From NCBI GenBank assembly GCA_028534125.1, contig CM052817.1:31932001-31996000 (forward strand): a DNA stretch of 64,000 bases, given 5' to 3'. The position numbers and the translations under genes are program-made. Shown here piece after piece: positions 25,372 through 39,260 of this stretch. The stretch's first letter is position 1, and every line of letters starts with the position of its first letter. The stretch comes from Lama glama. Lineage: Eukaryota. Under the pieces are notes generated by a model, which was given only the letters and a program-made list of their open reading frames with translations, made no database searches and was not told the DNA's origin.

Positions 25372-25610
25372 ACATATACCCACTAGGATGGTTATAATCA
25401 AAAAGACAGATAATAACAAGTGTTGACAAGTATGGTTGGAATCCTCACACACTGCTGGTAGGAATATAAAATGGTGCAGCCACTTTGGAAAACAGTCTGG
25501 CAGTTTCTCAAAAGTTAAACATGACCCAACCATTCCTCTCCCTTGGTATAGGTATATACCAAGAGAAATGAAAAAAATACATTCAGGTAAAAAAATGTGT
25601 ACAAATGTTC

Positions 25611-25644
<34 letters not shown>

Positions 25645-26100
25645 TATATATGTATACATATATTATACATATATAGCCAAAGGGCAGAAAAAATACAAAT
25701 GTCATCAACTGATGAATGGATAAATAAACTGTGGTACATCCACCGAACGAATTCTGCCATAAAAAATATTCATACATCCTACAACACAGATGAATCTGAA
25801 GCTTGTTATGCTAAGTGAAAGAAGCCAGTCACAAAAGGCTACATATCACATGATTCCATTAATATGAATAGACAAATCTACAGAGAGAGAAAATAGATTA
25901 GCAGCTGACTTGTGCCGGAGGGAGGAGACAGGGGGCTAAATGGATATGGGGTTTCTTTTGGGGATGATGAAAATATTCTAAAATCGATTGTGGTGATGGT
26001 TGCATATCTCTGTCAATAGGCAAAAACCTCAAATTGTACACTTTTCTTTATTGGTGATTTGCATGGTATGTGAATTATATCTCAATAAAGCTATGACATT
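25372..26100 (+). mobile_element. L1MB-type 3' end with internal (TA)n(CA)n microsatellite (~25611-25675)
   Basis: ggtgcagccactttggaaaacagt...ctaagtgaaagaagccagtcacaaaagg...gtatgtgaattatatctcAATAAAgct. Confidence 0.9.
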
Positions 26101-27456
26101 AAAGAATACATATATATATATAAGATTTCTTCACCACTAACCAATATTTCGCATAATATTTCTCATCATTGGATTCAAGATAAAATCAGGCTGTTGCCAA
26201 TCCTGAAACCACTGACAAAACACAATCTGCAAGTTTCAGTTTCCTTTTGTGGGAGTGGGGAGTCCTCTCTGGTACCCATTCTCATTTTTCTCCCAACAAT
26301 TGAGTTGCAGACCTACCAAGAATTGTTCCAAAATCTGTTTATACCAGTTGTATTTACTATAATTATATATTTAGTTAAATGTCGTATCAAAAATACGAGT
26401 ACAGAAAGAAAATGCTTTGTCTCTGAAAACTAAGCTGTATGATTTGAAAAAGGCAAGTCACTTAAAATATCCTAAAAAGAAGGCCTCAGCTATATACATC
26501 AAAAGATTGATGATGTACAAGCATTTATATCCTTAACCAATTATAAAATATTTAAGGCATGTAACTTACTTATGATTCTTCATTTTAAACAAAGTTTCTG
26601 TTTAACCATCCCAACTACTGGTTGACTATACAATCAATATCGTATAAGAGATTCTACTCTATGTAAGTTATTTGTATAAAACACTAACAGAAGTACACTA
26701 TTACTATTACTCTATCTCATGGTCTAAAGAGTGATGGTTGACCCTGCTGAGTTGCCTCTTAAAGAGACTGAAATCTTTCTACCCTTCAAGTTCCTAGGCC
26801 CACCACAGTCCCGTAATCTCTTCAGAAACCCTCATCTCAAACTGAAAAAGGATGCCCCATGTAAACTCTTCAAATCCAGTTCAAGACTGCTACAGTCAGT
26901 CTTCCTGTGCTCTTGGGATCTTCAAAACCTCTCTTTTCAAAGCCAAATCTACATGTGACCTGTATATTCAGACGACCATTAAGCTAAATATATATACATA
27001 TATCTTACACTCACACATCATAAACTCCTTTTTTATTTCCTCTTACCATACATTTGGGCCTCTACTTTCTCATCTCTTATCATTTGCACTCTGACCCCAA
27101 CCACTGCAATACTAAAATACTCTTCCATCAAAAGAATTCTCAGTGGTCTCTCACCTCTCCTCTCACTACTCTGATGCACCTCAGATAATGCTGCCTAATG
27201 CACAACTCTGATCACAAAACTCCCTGCCTTGGTAATTCAGTGCTACTCCCAATGTCTACAGAATAAAGTCCAAGAATTCCTTAAACTTGGAGTCAAGGAA
27301 CTAATGGAAGAGAATAAACTGGTAGCCCATCTCTCTAATGTTCTCTAGACTAGTCAGGTTGAACCCTGCTCTGTGCAAACACGTCCCATTCATTCCTACG
27401 CCCAGATCTTTCTTCCATCTGTAATGCCCTCCCTTTGTTTCTATGCATTAAATTCC

Positions 27457-27603
27457 TTTTTTTCCTGTTTTTTTGGGGTGGGGCTGGGGGGGAAGGAAGT
27501 GATTAGGTTTTTTAAATTTTTTTTTTAATAGAGGTACGGGGGTTTGAACCCAGGACCTTGTGCATGCTAAGCATTCACTCTATCACTGATCAATAACTTC
27601 CCC
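27457..27603 (-). mobile_element. tRNA-Ala-derived SINE (vic-1-like)
   Basis: Reverse-strand gaacccaggaccttgtgcatgctaagca... with T-rich tail. Confidence 0.88.
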
Positions 27604-28014
27604 TAGAAAATCACTTTTTCTTTCAAAGCTTTGGGTTTCTCAACTATAGGACCTTCAAGGGCTTTTTATAATGATCATAAAATGTTACAAGTATTATAAG
27701 TATTATTAAGTGTAAACTTAGAACAATAGCCAGCAGCTATTACTCAACAAATGCTGTTACTGTTGTTCATTCAACACAGTGAGGGCTCAATATTTTTTAA
27801 ACTGACAGGCAAGACAAAACAAAACAAAAAATTCTTTTCCAGCCATACTATACTCTTTGCTCTAAAAGCAACAGTTTAAGGTCTGACATCTCTGAGAGTT
27901 AAGATGATGAAAATTTCTGATAAGCAATAGTTTTCAGTTTATGGGACTCTCACACAGATTTATGACATAAGAACAGCAACCCTCCATTTCATGATTTAGT
28001 CAAGAATAACAATT

Positions 28015-28122
28015 TATAATCACTTCACAATATATATAAGTCAAGTCATCATGTTGTACACCTTCAACTTTTGCAGTGCTGCAGGTCAATTATATCTCAG
28101 TAAAACGGAAAGAAAAATAAAA
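28015..28122 (+). mobile_element. Short L1 3' terminal fragment
   Basis: catcatgttgtacacctt...gtcaattatatctcagtaaaa plus A-rich tail. Confidence 0.7.
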
Positions 28123-28194
28123 ACCTTAATTCACTAATATCTACCAAAAATGGGCAGGGAGGGCAAGATTTACCAAAACAGTTTTATCATTTAC

Positions 28195-28545
28195 TTTTTT
28201 TTAAACTGTGGTAAAATACACACAATATTTAATTCGTCATCTTAACCATTTTTAAGTGTACAGTTTAGTGGCGCAACTACATTCACGTTGTACAAACATC
28301 ATCACCATCCATCTCCAGAACTCTTTTCATCTTGCAAAACTGAAACTCTGTCCTCGCTAAACAATAACTCCCCAGTCCCCCATCCCTCCTCCTCCCTGTC
28401 CCTGGCAACAAGCATTCTATTCTCTGTTTCTATGAGTTTGACTACTTTAGGTACCTTATTTAAGTGGAATCATACAGCATCTGTCCATTTGTGACTGGCT
28501 TATTTCATTAAACATGATGCCCCTCAAGGGTCCTTTGTGTTACCA
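28195..28545 (-). mobile_element. L1MB-type 3' end
   Basis: tgtggtaaaatacac...ttaaccatttttaagtgtacagt...tctccagaactcttttcatcttgcaaaactgaaac. Confidence 0.88.
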
Positions 28546-28689
28546 TTGACTTTTTCAACAAGAACTTCAAAACCACACCAAGGACATGGTTGAAAAGTAC
28601 TCTAGTTTAAACTTATGATTTTAACACAGTCTATATTATATGGCACTAGGTTGCAGATTTGGAGGACTCAAATTACAGAAAGAAAGGGA

Positions 28690-28835
28690 AAGTAGAATCA
28701 CATGTACTCAGTAATCTGGCATGATACCAGGTATCACACTAGGTGCATTTCACATACAATTAAGTCCACACAGCTCTAAAGAGGTAGGTTATTATTATTC
28801 CCAGCCGGTAAATGAGAAAAAGGAAGTTCAGAGGA
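28690..28835 (-). mobile_element. MIR SINE
   Basis: gaggtaggttattattattccca...aaatgagaaaaagga. Confidence 0.6.
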
Positions 28836-30109
28836 CCTCCCATGTCACTACTCTATTTCCATTTTGTTTTCATCATAGAATTTATCACTGCCGGACATAC
28901 ATATAATTATATACATTTATTTCTGCATGTGCAAATCATATGTAGACCAAAAAAATGTTTGAGAATCACACTTATTCAACAAAGCTGTATCTATAAGACA
29001 ACATAGCTTAGAATCTGAACATTTTATAGTCTCTAGCTTTTATGTTCATCCATGGATGCATTTCTTAGATACTCAGAAATTAGGAGACTTTATTACTGCC
29101 AAAGATATATTTAGAGGTTTTTGTTTTTGTTTCTATTTTGAAGCAAGGATGGGAGGCAGGGGGCACTGGAGTGCAGGGGTAGGGGGTAAAATTCCAACTG
29201 AAAAGTACAAAGGTTCAAGAACACTGGTCTCCAGTAAGCCCAAATCTACTATTATAACATCCTTATCTTCTATGCATTTTGTTGTTTTAAATCAAACTGC
29301 ACCTGAGGACTTCTCTGCTAAGCATGAATTTACACCAGGAAGGAAGATAATTAGGTTTGTGTTAGATGGTTTACTTACTCCTTGAATATGTTCTTACTAT
29401 AATATTAGCTATATTTACAGTACAATGGATTTCCTTCTGCTTCAGAGTGACAATATTCCCACTACCCTGTATTGTAACATCTTCTCCCTTAAAATCAGTT
29501 AAAACTTTGTATTACATTTCAAGAAATTAAGAACTATATACCCAACTTCTAAATTGCTTAAGCTCTATTTTTTTCATAATTTAAACAACAAATACGTCCA
29601 CAATTAGAATTTTAAATGTTCTGAAGAAAAATAAAAAAGGGCTTCCACTAAATAAATCCCCACTTGTAACAAGTCTACATTTCCCATTAGCTTGTTTTCA
29701 TAAAATAATTTCTTTTGATCTCAGTATGAAAAATGTTACTCACAAAACGAGTACTATATTCATAAAATAATTTTATCTTCGCTGATGTAACAACAAGTCA
29801 GTGGTTTCCTTTCTGTGGTAAACAATGGGCCTTGGGAAACATTCCCTGTTAAATGTCTTTCACATTATTTTTTTTTACGCACAATTGGTTTGACTTCCTA
29901 ATAATCAGCATTTACCAGAAACAAGAAAGATAAAAATCTATATCAAGATACACAGTAAGGCTAAGCAAGCCAAAAGGAGAAAAACAGAAGAAAATTACAA
30001 AGGCTCCCTTTAAAAGGGTGGGGTCGAGAAAACTTTCAACCCAACACCAACCATTCCCGTACGACTTTTTAAAGCTGAGAATATCAATTTCAAGGTGACA
30101 AAAATATCA

Positions 30110-31612
30110 CGTCTTTTTTCCTCCATTCCTAAGGGATCATGCCTCATCAGGATACAAACATACCATAATGATCACTCACCTTAAAGAGAAAAAAGTGGGG
30201 AGACCCCCCCAACCACAAAACCCCAGTCACAACTGCCCCGTTTCTCTGCTCCCCTTTATAACAAAAGTCCTCCACACGATTGTCTCTATTCAGTATTTCA
30301 CTAGCTTCCCTTCTTCGCCTCATTCTCTCCTCTCTCTCTGTCTACTCAGGGACTCTCCACCTCCACTGCTGCCCAGTTCCACGGGTCGGGGTCATGGATG
30401 ACCTCCACACCTTGTGAAATTCAGGTCAATCATCAGCCGTCATCTCAGTGATTCCAGAGCTGCATCCTCTCCCTCCTTTTTGAAACACTTTTGTCACAAG
30501 GATGGCAAGATGCCATCCTCTTCCTCCTCCTCAAGAACTGCTCCTCCTCTTCCTCAAGAACTGCTTTTCCTCTGCCTCTTTCCCTACTCAAGACATTGTT
30601 GGAGAGCCCAGGGTCAGTCCTTGGCCCTCTTCTCCACCGACACTCACCTCTGGGCCTAAAGGCCTCACATTCAAATCTGGAATTTGTCAGCACATGGATG
30701 GTGTCTCTAGCCCAGAACTCTCTCTACTGGCACTAACCTTGCAAATTCAAACACCTGTCTGCACATCTAAAGGGATGTCAAACACAACTCTTACTACAGC
30801 CCCCTAAACTTCGCCTACTCCCAGCACTGCACTTCAGTAAATAGTACCACCTTTCTTCCAGTCGCTCAGTAACTTTTATTCCTTTCTTTACTTCACACCT
30901 TCACATCTAATCCATTAACAAGTTCTGCCAGCTCTACTTGCAAAATACTATATATCCTAAATCTGACCACGTCTCCCATCCACTGCTACCACCTAGTCAG
31001 AGCCGTCATCATCTCTGCCCCCAATTTCAAGCAGCCTCTTAATTGATATTTCTGCATCACCCCCTAATTCTCCCCTAATTCACCTCCTAATACCCCACAC
31101 AGTCACCAGAGTGATCTTTTTAGAACAAGAATTTATTCACTCTACTTTTGCTCAAAAATCCTTCACTGGTTTCCCATCAAATGCAGAAAAATACCCATGG
31201 TCTGCCTCACATTTCCTTTCCTCTATTTTAGCTACACCAGCTTTCCTGCCAGTCCTGAAGTTCAAGAAGCTTATTTCCACATCAGGGCCTATGCACTAGC
31301 TAATCCCCCTGCCTGGAAAGTTCTTTCCTGTGAGTATGACTTCCCCCTCCCTTCCTCCAGATGGCTGCAAATGCTACCTCCCCCAAAGAGGCCTTCCCCA
31401 CCACCTTATCTGAAATAACTGATACCCATCAAACTCTAGCCAAATAATTTTTCATCACAGAGTTTATCACCTAATATTTGTTTACTATTTGCCTGCCCGA
31501 CCAAAAACCAAGCTCCAGGAGGGCAGAGACTGCCTTGTTTGCATTTATAATCCTCAGCACCATCTTTCAACTCACAGGTACGGAATAAACATCTGTGGAT
31601 TAAATAAAGGAT
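30110..31612 (+). mobile_element. L2 LINE, long 3' fragment
   Basis: C/T-rich L2 body (atgacctccac..., caagttctgccagctctacttgcaaaat, aagctccaggagggcagagact) ending in aataaacatctgtggat. Confidence 0.85.
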
Positions 31613-32582
31613 GTGAAAGATAACACATGATATGCACCACACACAAAAAAAAAACCCAAAAAACAATACATAGACTTTCAAACAATTTAATGAACACAGT
31701 CAGTTTCCATTTTACAGCCTTTAAGAGGAGATGAGTAGCACAGAATGACAGAGGAAGAGGTGACCTTCTTGTTTTCAACACACAAATCCAATGTATTTGC
31801 ACACCCTATCTTACATGCATTTTGAGATGTAACGTAATGCTTCCAGAAAATAGCAGGTTTTGAGCTGTTTTCCTTTCTTCTTGTTAAACAGCTGAACCAA
31901 CCTATATGCAAACAGTTAGCTTAAAAGGAGGAACAATACTCAGGTGATAACCCAGGATACATATTCTCCTTGTTCCAATATTCCCTGAGATAACCTAATC
32001 AACATACAAAGGGGGGAGCTCAAGCAAAGTTAGAAATTTGAAAGGGGTACCACCCCAACCCTGAAATGTTGCTATTTTAAGGTAAAAACAATGGGGAAAG
32101 AGAAGCAACCTGCCCTTACAGTAGCCATTAGCGCTCTGACAGCTGGCTTGCAAGTCTACTCCACTGGGGTGCACCTCAGGAGAAAATGTGCGCTATCGCC
32201 CTCCATCAAACTCACTGGGCTAAATACTAACTGCAGCCTTCAAAACACTGACTATCCTTTAAGAGAAGGAGAAGCGAGAATGAAATCTCATGCCAGGCTG
32301 TGACTATTCAACACAGAATAGTGTGTGTATGAAAAACATCGCAGGTCTACAGAAGAGAACTGGCAGAGACAGGACTGATCAAAATTTTCTGAATTCTGAG
32401 GATAATGATCCTGGCAGAATTCTAAACGAATGGGTGGGAGGCAAAACCACTGGCTTTTCTCAGATACTCACTCTTCGATGGGGATGGAGTGATTGTCAGG
32501 CTTACCAAGAGATTGTCTATAATCAGGATTAGGGACTTGAGGAAACGCCTTCCCTCAAAAAACAAATCAATCAGTAAAATAT

Positions 32583-32583
<1 letters not shown>

Positions 32584-32651
<68 letters not shown>
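32584..32651. repeat. (AAT)n microsatellite, ~22 perfect units
   Basis: Directly visible. It produces the poly-Ile ORF 32571..32765. Confidence 0.97.
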
Positions 32652-32652
<1 letters not shown>

Positions 32653-32654
32653 TA

Positions 32655-33028
32655 ATAGAGGATATTAACAACATTATCCACTTTCCCTCTCCTAGGCTTA
32701 AAGGAGGATTGTACTTTCCTTCCCCTTCTGAAGTCAGGCATAGTCATGTGACTTGTGTTGGCCAATGAAATGTGAGTAGAATTGAGACGTAAACTTCCAA
32801 TGGAAGCATTTAACTGTTGGCACTGGGCTTTGTACTTCTCCTCCCACTGTCTCTGTAATCACGGTGGCAGGTGTTAATATGGAAGTGCAATGCCAAACTT
32901 GTAGAGAGAAGACAGCTTGTCTAGAAGGCACAGACTTAGGATGAATGAGAAATAAATTTTTGTGTTTTAAGCACTGGTAATTTGAGGATTGTTTTTATTA
33001 GAGGATAAGCTAACCTAATTTGATTATT
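32655..33028 (+). mobile_element. MLT1 (MaLR) LTR
   Basis: catgtgacttgtgttggccaatgaaatgtgag...gagaaataaatttttgtgttttaagc. Confidence 0.75.
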
Positions 33029-33344
33029 TTAAAATTCCAATAAAATTAATTAAAGTTTGCCAAATCCAGAAAATTAGACAAGGGGAAAGACATTACAGAG
33101 GTAGACAGAAAACCATACAAATGATCTCATAATGAGGAATGATTTGTAACCACAGAAATAGAGGATTAATGTAATATCCCTTCAAAAATCAGTAATTTCA
33201 TCTTAATTAAATTTTTTTAAAGAATAGTAGGCTATCTCTGAAAGGATGCATAAGAAACTACTAATACTGGTTGCCTCCAAGAAAGGAAACTGTATAGTAA
33301 TAGAAAAAGTGAGGAGAGACTTCCAATTTTCAGTCTGTCATTAA

Positions 33345-36300
33345 AGACACCACTAGGTCTTAAAAAAAAAAAAAAAGTAAAAAGACAAGCAAACTGAAAA
33401 AGCAACAACTTCTTAGACCCATAAAAGAAGTGAGGTCACAGGGCAAACCACTACTCCCAAAATTGGAGACAGGCAGATGCAGAGAATCAAAACTTTCGGG
33501 AACAGAAACCATGAGCAAACACTTCCGTGGGAACCAGTGCCAGGATAAGAAAACCTGCACTTTAACTGACAAATTGCTAGAGGCTTAGTGTGGACAACTC
33601 TGAGAATTAAAAACTCCAAGGGGGCCAGTAATAGAGGAAACCCCATACTTTTGTAATTTTATCTCCAAGAGTTCCACCCAGTGCTCACAGTCAAGATCAA
33701 AGAAAAATCCCCTCAGGATTGTGGCAGGGAGAGGACAAAAACATTTTGAAATACTCCAAAGCATTCTTAACAAAGTCTGCCCTCAAGACAAACTAAGACA
33801 CTATTTAACCTGAGCCTAACTGACCTAAGAAAAGGGAAATACCCAACTCCAGTGCTCTCTGGTTATCCTGTTCCACCTGAGATGGGGGAAAAACTGAGAA
33901 GCACTTGTGAAATTCAGCCTGGAGGCACAGGCTGACTAATAAAAGACTGCAATCTAATCACGGGGTTATAGAATGCCTGCTCTCCCCCCACACCTCTCCC
34001 CCGACCCTCACCACATTCCTGAAGGCCTACTTAAATCAAGCTCTTTTACTTGGTACTGTAGTCCATGTTCAAGAAAACATTAGAAAGAAAACATTACAAG
34101 GCATACTAAAAGGCAAAAAACAAAACAAAACAAAAACGGAAGCAGTTGAAGAGACAGCACAAGCATGAGAGCCAAACTGAGATATGGCAGGATGCTGGAG
34201 TTACCAGACTGGGAATCCAAAGCAACCAGGAGTAATAAGCTAAGAGTTCTACTGGATAAAGTAGAAAGCATGCAAGAAAAGATGGGCAATGTCAGCATAC
34301 AGACGGAAACTCTAAGAATCAAAAAGAAACAATAGTGATCAAAAAAACACTGTAACTGAATTGAAGAGAGCCACTGACGGGCTAAGGAAAGAATATCTGA
34401 GCTTGAGGATATATCAATGGAAACTTGAAAAGAAATAAAATAGAATACTGAAAGCAAAGAGAAAAAAAGACCAAGAAAACAAACAAAAAAAAAAACAGAC
34501 TATCTAAGAACTGTGGGACAACTACAAATGATCTAACATACATGTAATGAGAATAGGGGAAGAGAAAAAGAAACAGAAGAAGTACAAGTATTATTTGAAA
34601 CAAAAATGACTCAGAATTTCCCCAAGTTAATATCAGATACCAAAACCACAGGCCCAGGAAGGTCAGAAAACACCAAGTGGCATAAATGCAAAATATATAT
34701 ATACACACACATACCCAGGATATCATATTCAAAATCAAAGGGAAATAAAAAATCCTGAACAAAGCCAGAGGGGAGGAAAAAAAAAACCTTACCTATAGAG
34801 GAACAAAGATAAGAATTTCAGCCACCTTCTTCTGAGAAACCATGCAGGCAAGAAGAGAGTGGAATGAAATATTTCAAATGTTGACAGGAAAAAAAAAAAA
34901 CAAACCTAGAATTTTGTACCCAGTGAAATTGTCTTTCAAAAGTGAAACAGAATAAAGACCACTTCAAACAAAAGTTGAGAGAATTTGTTGTCAGTAGACC
35001 TGCCTTGCAAGAAATGTTAAAAGATCTTTAGAGAAAAGAAAAATAATATAGATCAGAAATTCAGATCTACATAAAGGAAGACCATTGAAGAAAGAATAAA
35101 AGAAGGTAAAATATAAACTTTTACTGTTCTTATTCTTAATTGATCTAACAGAAAACAATTTGTTCAAAATAACAGTGACAATGTATTCAGTTATGTATGC
35201 TTGTAAGTGAAATGAAGGACAGCACTGATATAAAGAGGAAAGAAGAAAGAATTAGAATTATTTTATTATTAGGTACTCACTCTACTCACGAAGCAGGATA
35301 GTATTATTTGAAAGTAGACTTGGATTAGTTGTAAATGTATATTGGAAACTATAGGGAAATGATTAAAAACAGTTTAAAAAGAAGTGTAATTGATATGCTA
35401 AAAAAAGAAAAAACAATTAGATAAAATACTCAAAACCATAAAAAGCAGGGAAAAAAGGAAACAAAAACAAGGGAAACAAAGAGAAAACAAATATGATAGA
35501 AATTAATTCAACTGTATCAATAATCACTTTGAACATCAATGGTCTAAATGAATAAATTAAAAAAAACAGAGATTGTCAAAGTGGATTGAAAACCAAGACC
35601 AACTATATATTCCAGAAACCCACTTTAAATATAAAGATACATAGATTAAAAGTAATGGACGAAGAAAGATATGCCATCCTAACACTAATAAAAGGAAAGA
35701 CAGAGTATTTATTCTAATTTTATACGGAGCAGATTTAAACACAAAGAAAGTTATGAGGGATAAAGAAAGGCATCACAGAATGATAAAGGGGTCAGTTCTC
35801 CAAGAAGGCATAACAATCTTCAATGTATATCTACCTAACATGACAGCATCAAAGTACATGAAGCAAAAATTGATAAAACTACAAGGAGAAACAGATGAAT
35901 CCACTATTACAGTTGGAGAACTCAACACCCCTCCTTCAGAAATGGACAGGTACAGCAATCAGAAAATCAATAAGGACATAGCTGAACTCAACAATACCAT
36001 CAGTCAACTGGATATAATTGACATCTATAGACCAGTTCATTCCACAGCAGCAGAATACACATTCTAAGAGCTCACATAGCTTAGTCACCAAATTTAAAAG
36101 AACAGAAATTATACAACAAACTACAATGAAATTAAACTAGAAATCAATGGCAAAAAGATAATTAGAAAATCCTAAAACACATGGAGATTAAACAACATAC
36201 TTCTAAATAACACATGGGTCAAAGAAGAAATCTCAGGAGAAGTTTTAAAATATTTTGCCTACAGAAAATGAAAACATAATTAGTAAAATTTGTGGGACAC

Positions 36301-38192
36301 AGCAAAAGTAATCCTTAGAAGGGAAGTTTTATTTTAGAAGAGATCTAAAATCAATAAGCTAAGTTTCACTTTAAAAAATACTAATAAGAGTAATAAATGC
36401 AAAGTAAGGAGAAGAAAAGAAATAATAATAATTAGGGCAGAAATTAATGAAGTTGAAAACATGAAATTGATGGAGAAAATCAACTAAACCAAAAGCTGGT
36501 TCTTTGAAAACACAAAAATCGGTAAAATCAATAAACCACTAGCCAGGCTAACTAAGGAAAAAAAGAGAAAGGACACAAATCACTAATACCAGAAATGAAA
36601 AAGGGACATCACTACAGATTCTGCGAATATTTAAAAGGACGAAGGAATACTGTGAACAACCCTATATTCACGAATTTGATAACCTAGTGGAAATGGATCA
36701 ATACTTTGAAAGCCACAATCTGCAAGAACTCACACAGGAAGAAATAGACAATCTGACTAGGCTTATACCTATTAAAGAAATTGAAACAATATCAACATTC
36801 CAAAGCAGAAAGCACCAGGCCCTTCACAAAAATTAACTTAAAATGTATCATAGACCTTAATGTGAAATGAAAAACTATAAAACTCTTAATAGATAAAACA
36901 GTAGAAAACCTAGATGACCTTGGGAATGGCAATGATGTTTTGAATATAGCACCAAAAGCACAATCCATGAAAGAAATAGGTAAGGATATTGATAAGCTGG
37001 ACATCAGTAAAATTAAAAACTTCTGCTCTGCAAAAGACAGTATCAAGAGAATAAGAAGACAAGCTACAGACTGGGAGGAAATATTTGCAAAATACACATC
37101 TAATAAAGGGTTGTTCTAAAAAAAAAAAAAATACAAAGAACTCTTAAAACTCAACAAAGAGAAAACAAACAACCCAATCAAAAAATGGGCCAAAGACCTT
37201 AACAGACATCTCACCAAAACAGATATTCAGATAGCAAATAAGCACAGAAAAAATGTTCCACCGCATATGTCATCAGATAAATGCAAATTTAAACAACAAT
37301 GAGATACTACTGCACATCTATTAGAATGGCCAATTTCAGAACAATGATGATACCAAATCCTGGACAGGATGTAAAGAAACAGGAACTCTCATATGTTGCT
37401 GGTGAAAATGCAAAGTGGCACAGCCACTTTGGAAAACAGTTTGGCAGTTTCTTACAAAACTAAACATGCTTTTACTGTACAACTCAGAAATTGTGTTCTT
37501 TGGTATTCACCCAAGTTGAAAACATGTCTATGCAAAAATCTGCACATGGATGTTTGTTTTTAGCAGCTTTATTCATAACTGCCAACCAAGATGTTCTTCA
37601 GCAGGTGAATGGATAAACTGTGGCACAACCAAACAATGGAAAATTACTCAACACTAAAATGAAATGAGCTATCAAGCCAAGAGAAAACATGGAGGAATCT
37701 TAAATGCATAATGCTAAGGAAAGCCAATCTGAAAAAGTTACATACTGTATGATCCCAAATATATGACATTCAGGAAAAGACAAAACTATGGTGACAGTAA
37801 AAAGATCAGTGGTTGCCAGCAAGGGGTGGGGGTGGGGGTGGGATGAACACGCAGAGCACAGAGAACTTTTAGGGCAGGGAAAACATTCTGTGTGATATTA
37901 TAATGGCGGATATATGTCATTACACATCTGACTAAATACAATGTACAACACCAAGAGTGAGTCACAATGTAAACTAGGGACTCTGGGTGATTAATGATGT
38001 CAATAATACAGGTTCATCAACTGTAATGAATACACCGCCCTAATGGGGGATGTTGGAGAATCTATGCATGAATGGGAGAAGGAGTGTATGGGAAATCACA
38101 GCCTAATTCCTCTCAATTTGGCTCTGAAACTAAAACTGCTCTCTTAAAAAAATAAAAAATAAAGTCTATTAGGTTTTTTTAAATAAAAAAAA
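33345..38192 (+). mobile_element. Long ancient L1 (L1MC-like): 5' region, ORF1 remnant, ORF2 endonuclease, internal deletion of RT, ORF2 C-terminus, 3'UTR, A-tail
   Basis: ORF 35753..36067 aligns by eye to L1 ORF2p endonuclease (RDKEGHYIMVKGSIQQEELTILNIYAPN...DIYR...EYTF). L1MC-type 3'UTR (tgtacaacaccaagagtga...aatgtaaacta). Many stops and frameshifts. Confidence 0.92.
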
Positions 38193-39089
38193 GAAAACCT
38201 TGCCTTCTGTGATCCGGCTCTAATTCCAATTATTTCTACTTTTCTTAAAAGTCAGATTTTCAGCGTTGGTTGCCACTAAAATAAAAATTATTTGGAAAGT
38301 TTTAAATGACATATATTGCTGTACCAAAGACAATACCACAATTTTGACTTATTATAGACCAGTCTTCCCATTAAAATTAATTTTTGAAAATTAATTTTTG
38401 AAAATAATTTTAAAGTTCATTTTGTTTTAGCAAATATTTGGATTTTATTCCTGGGTGCAGCAAATAATTTTACATGAAAATGAAACTTACAGAAATCTTT
38501 GCAGAGACTGCTTTTATGTGGTCTGTGATGAAAACCAATTTACAATATGACAAGTTGTGTAGAAATTTTTAAGGATGTGTGTATAGGCATTTTTCAAGTG
38601 AGAAATCCATGGTTTTCATTAGATTCTCAAAAGGGGCCATCACTCAGATAAGACTGAGAATGGCAAGTTTTTAGGTCTCAGTTAAATCAAGACATTCACC
38701 CACTATTCAACACTGAGGCTTCCACTATGATTAATCATGAAACCCTATCTGACCTCCATCCTGTATCTGTTCTCCTTTCCAAAGACATAAAAAGAAAATA
38801 ATTTATTGTCATCCAAGTACTTAGGGAAGTACTAGAGAATACCATAAGAATCCATTATTAGATGAAAGATGACAATAGGAAGTCAATTAAATCACCCCAG
38901 TAATCTTTTTCTTTTTTTTCAAAAGGATACATTCACATATGGTTGATGGAATCCTGGAAAATAATTCAGGCTCCATGTGTCAGGACATTAAAATGTCCAC
39001 AGCTTTTAACTCAATAAAGGGACATTTACCAAAAAGAAATACTCCAAAAGCAGGTCTAAAATACATATATATGCAGAAGGATGCTTCAC

Positions 39090-39260
39090 TGCACAGTTAG
39101 GAACACAGGTCCCAGAACCAGCCTGCTAGAATTGACTCATGAGCTGTGCAACGTGAGGCAAGTCACTCAACCTGTTTCCACACTTATTTTTAAAAGGGAT
39201 AATAAAAGTACCTATTTCAAGAGTGTTTCATAAAGATTAAATATGTTAAAACACTCAGCA
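39090..39260 (+). mobile_element. MIR SINE
   Basis: agctgtgcaacgtgaggcaagtcactcaacct...gggataataaaagtaccta. Confidence 0.7.

Noticed and set aside
30520..30565. 23-bp tandem duplication in L2 (similar small ones at ~21815-21845, 24880-24939, 38373-38411)
   Set aside because: Ordinary slippage duplications with no sign of function.
32571..32765. Poly-isoleucine ORF
   Set aside because: Translation of the (AAT)n microsatellite.
35753..36067. 104-aa ORF with clear protein homology
   Set aside because: Fragment of L1 ORF2 endonuclease within a decayed L1, not a host gene.
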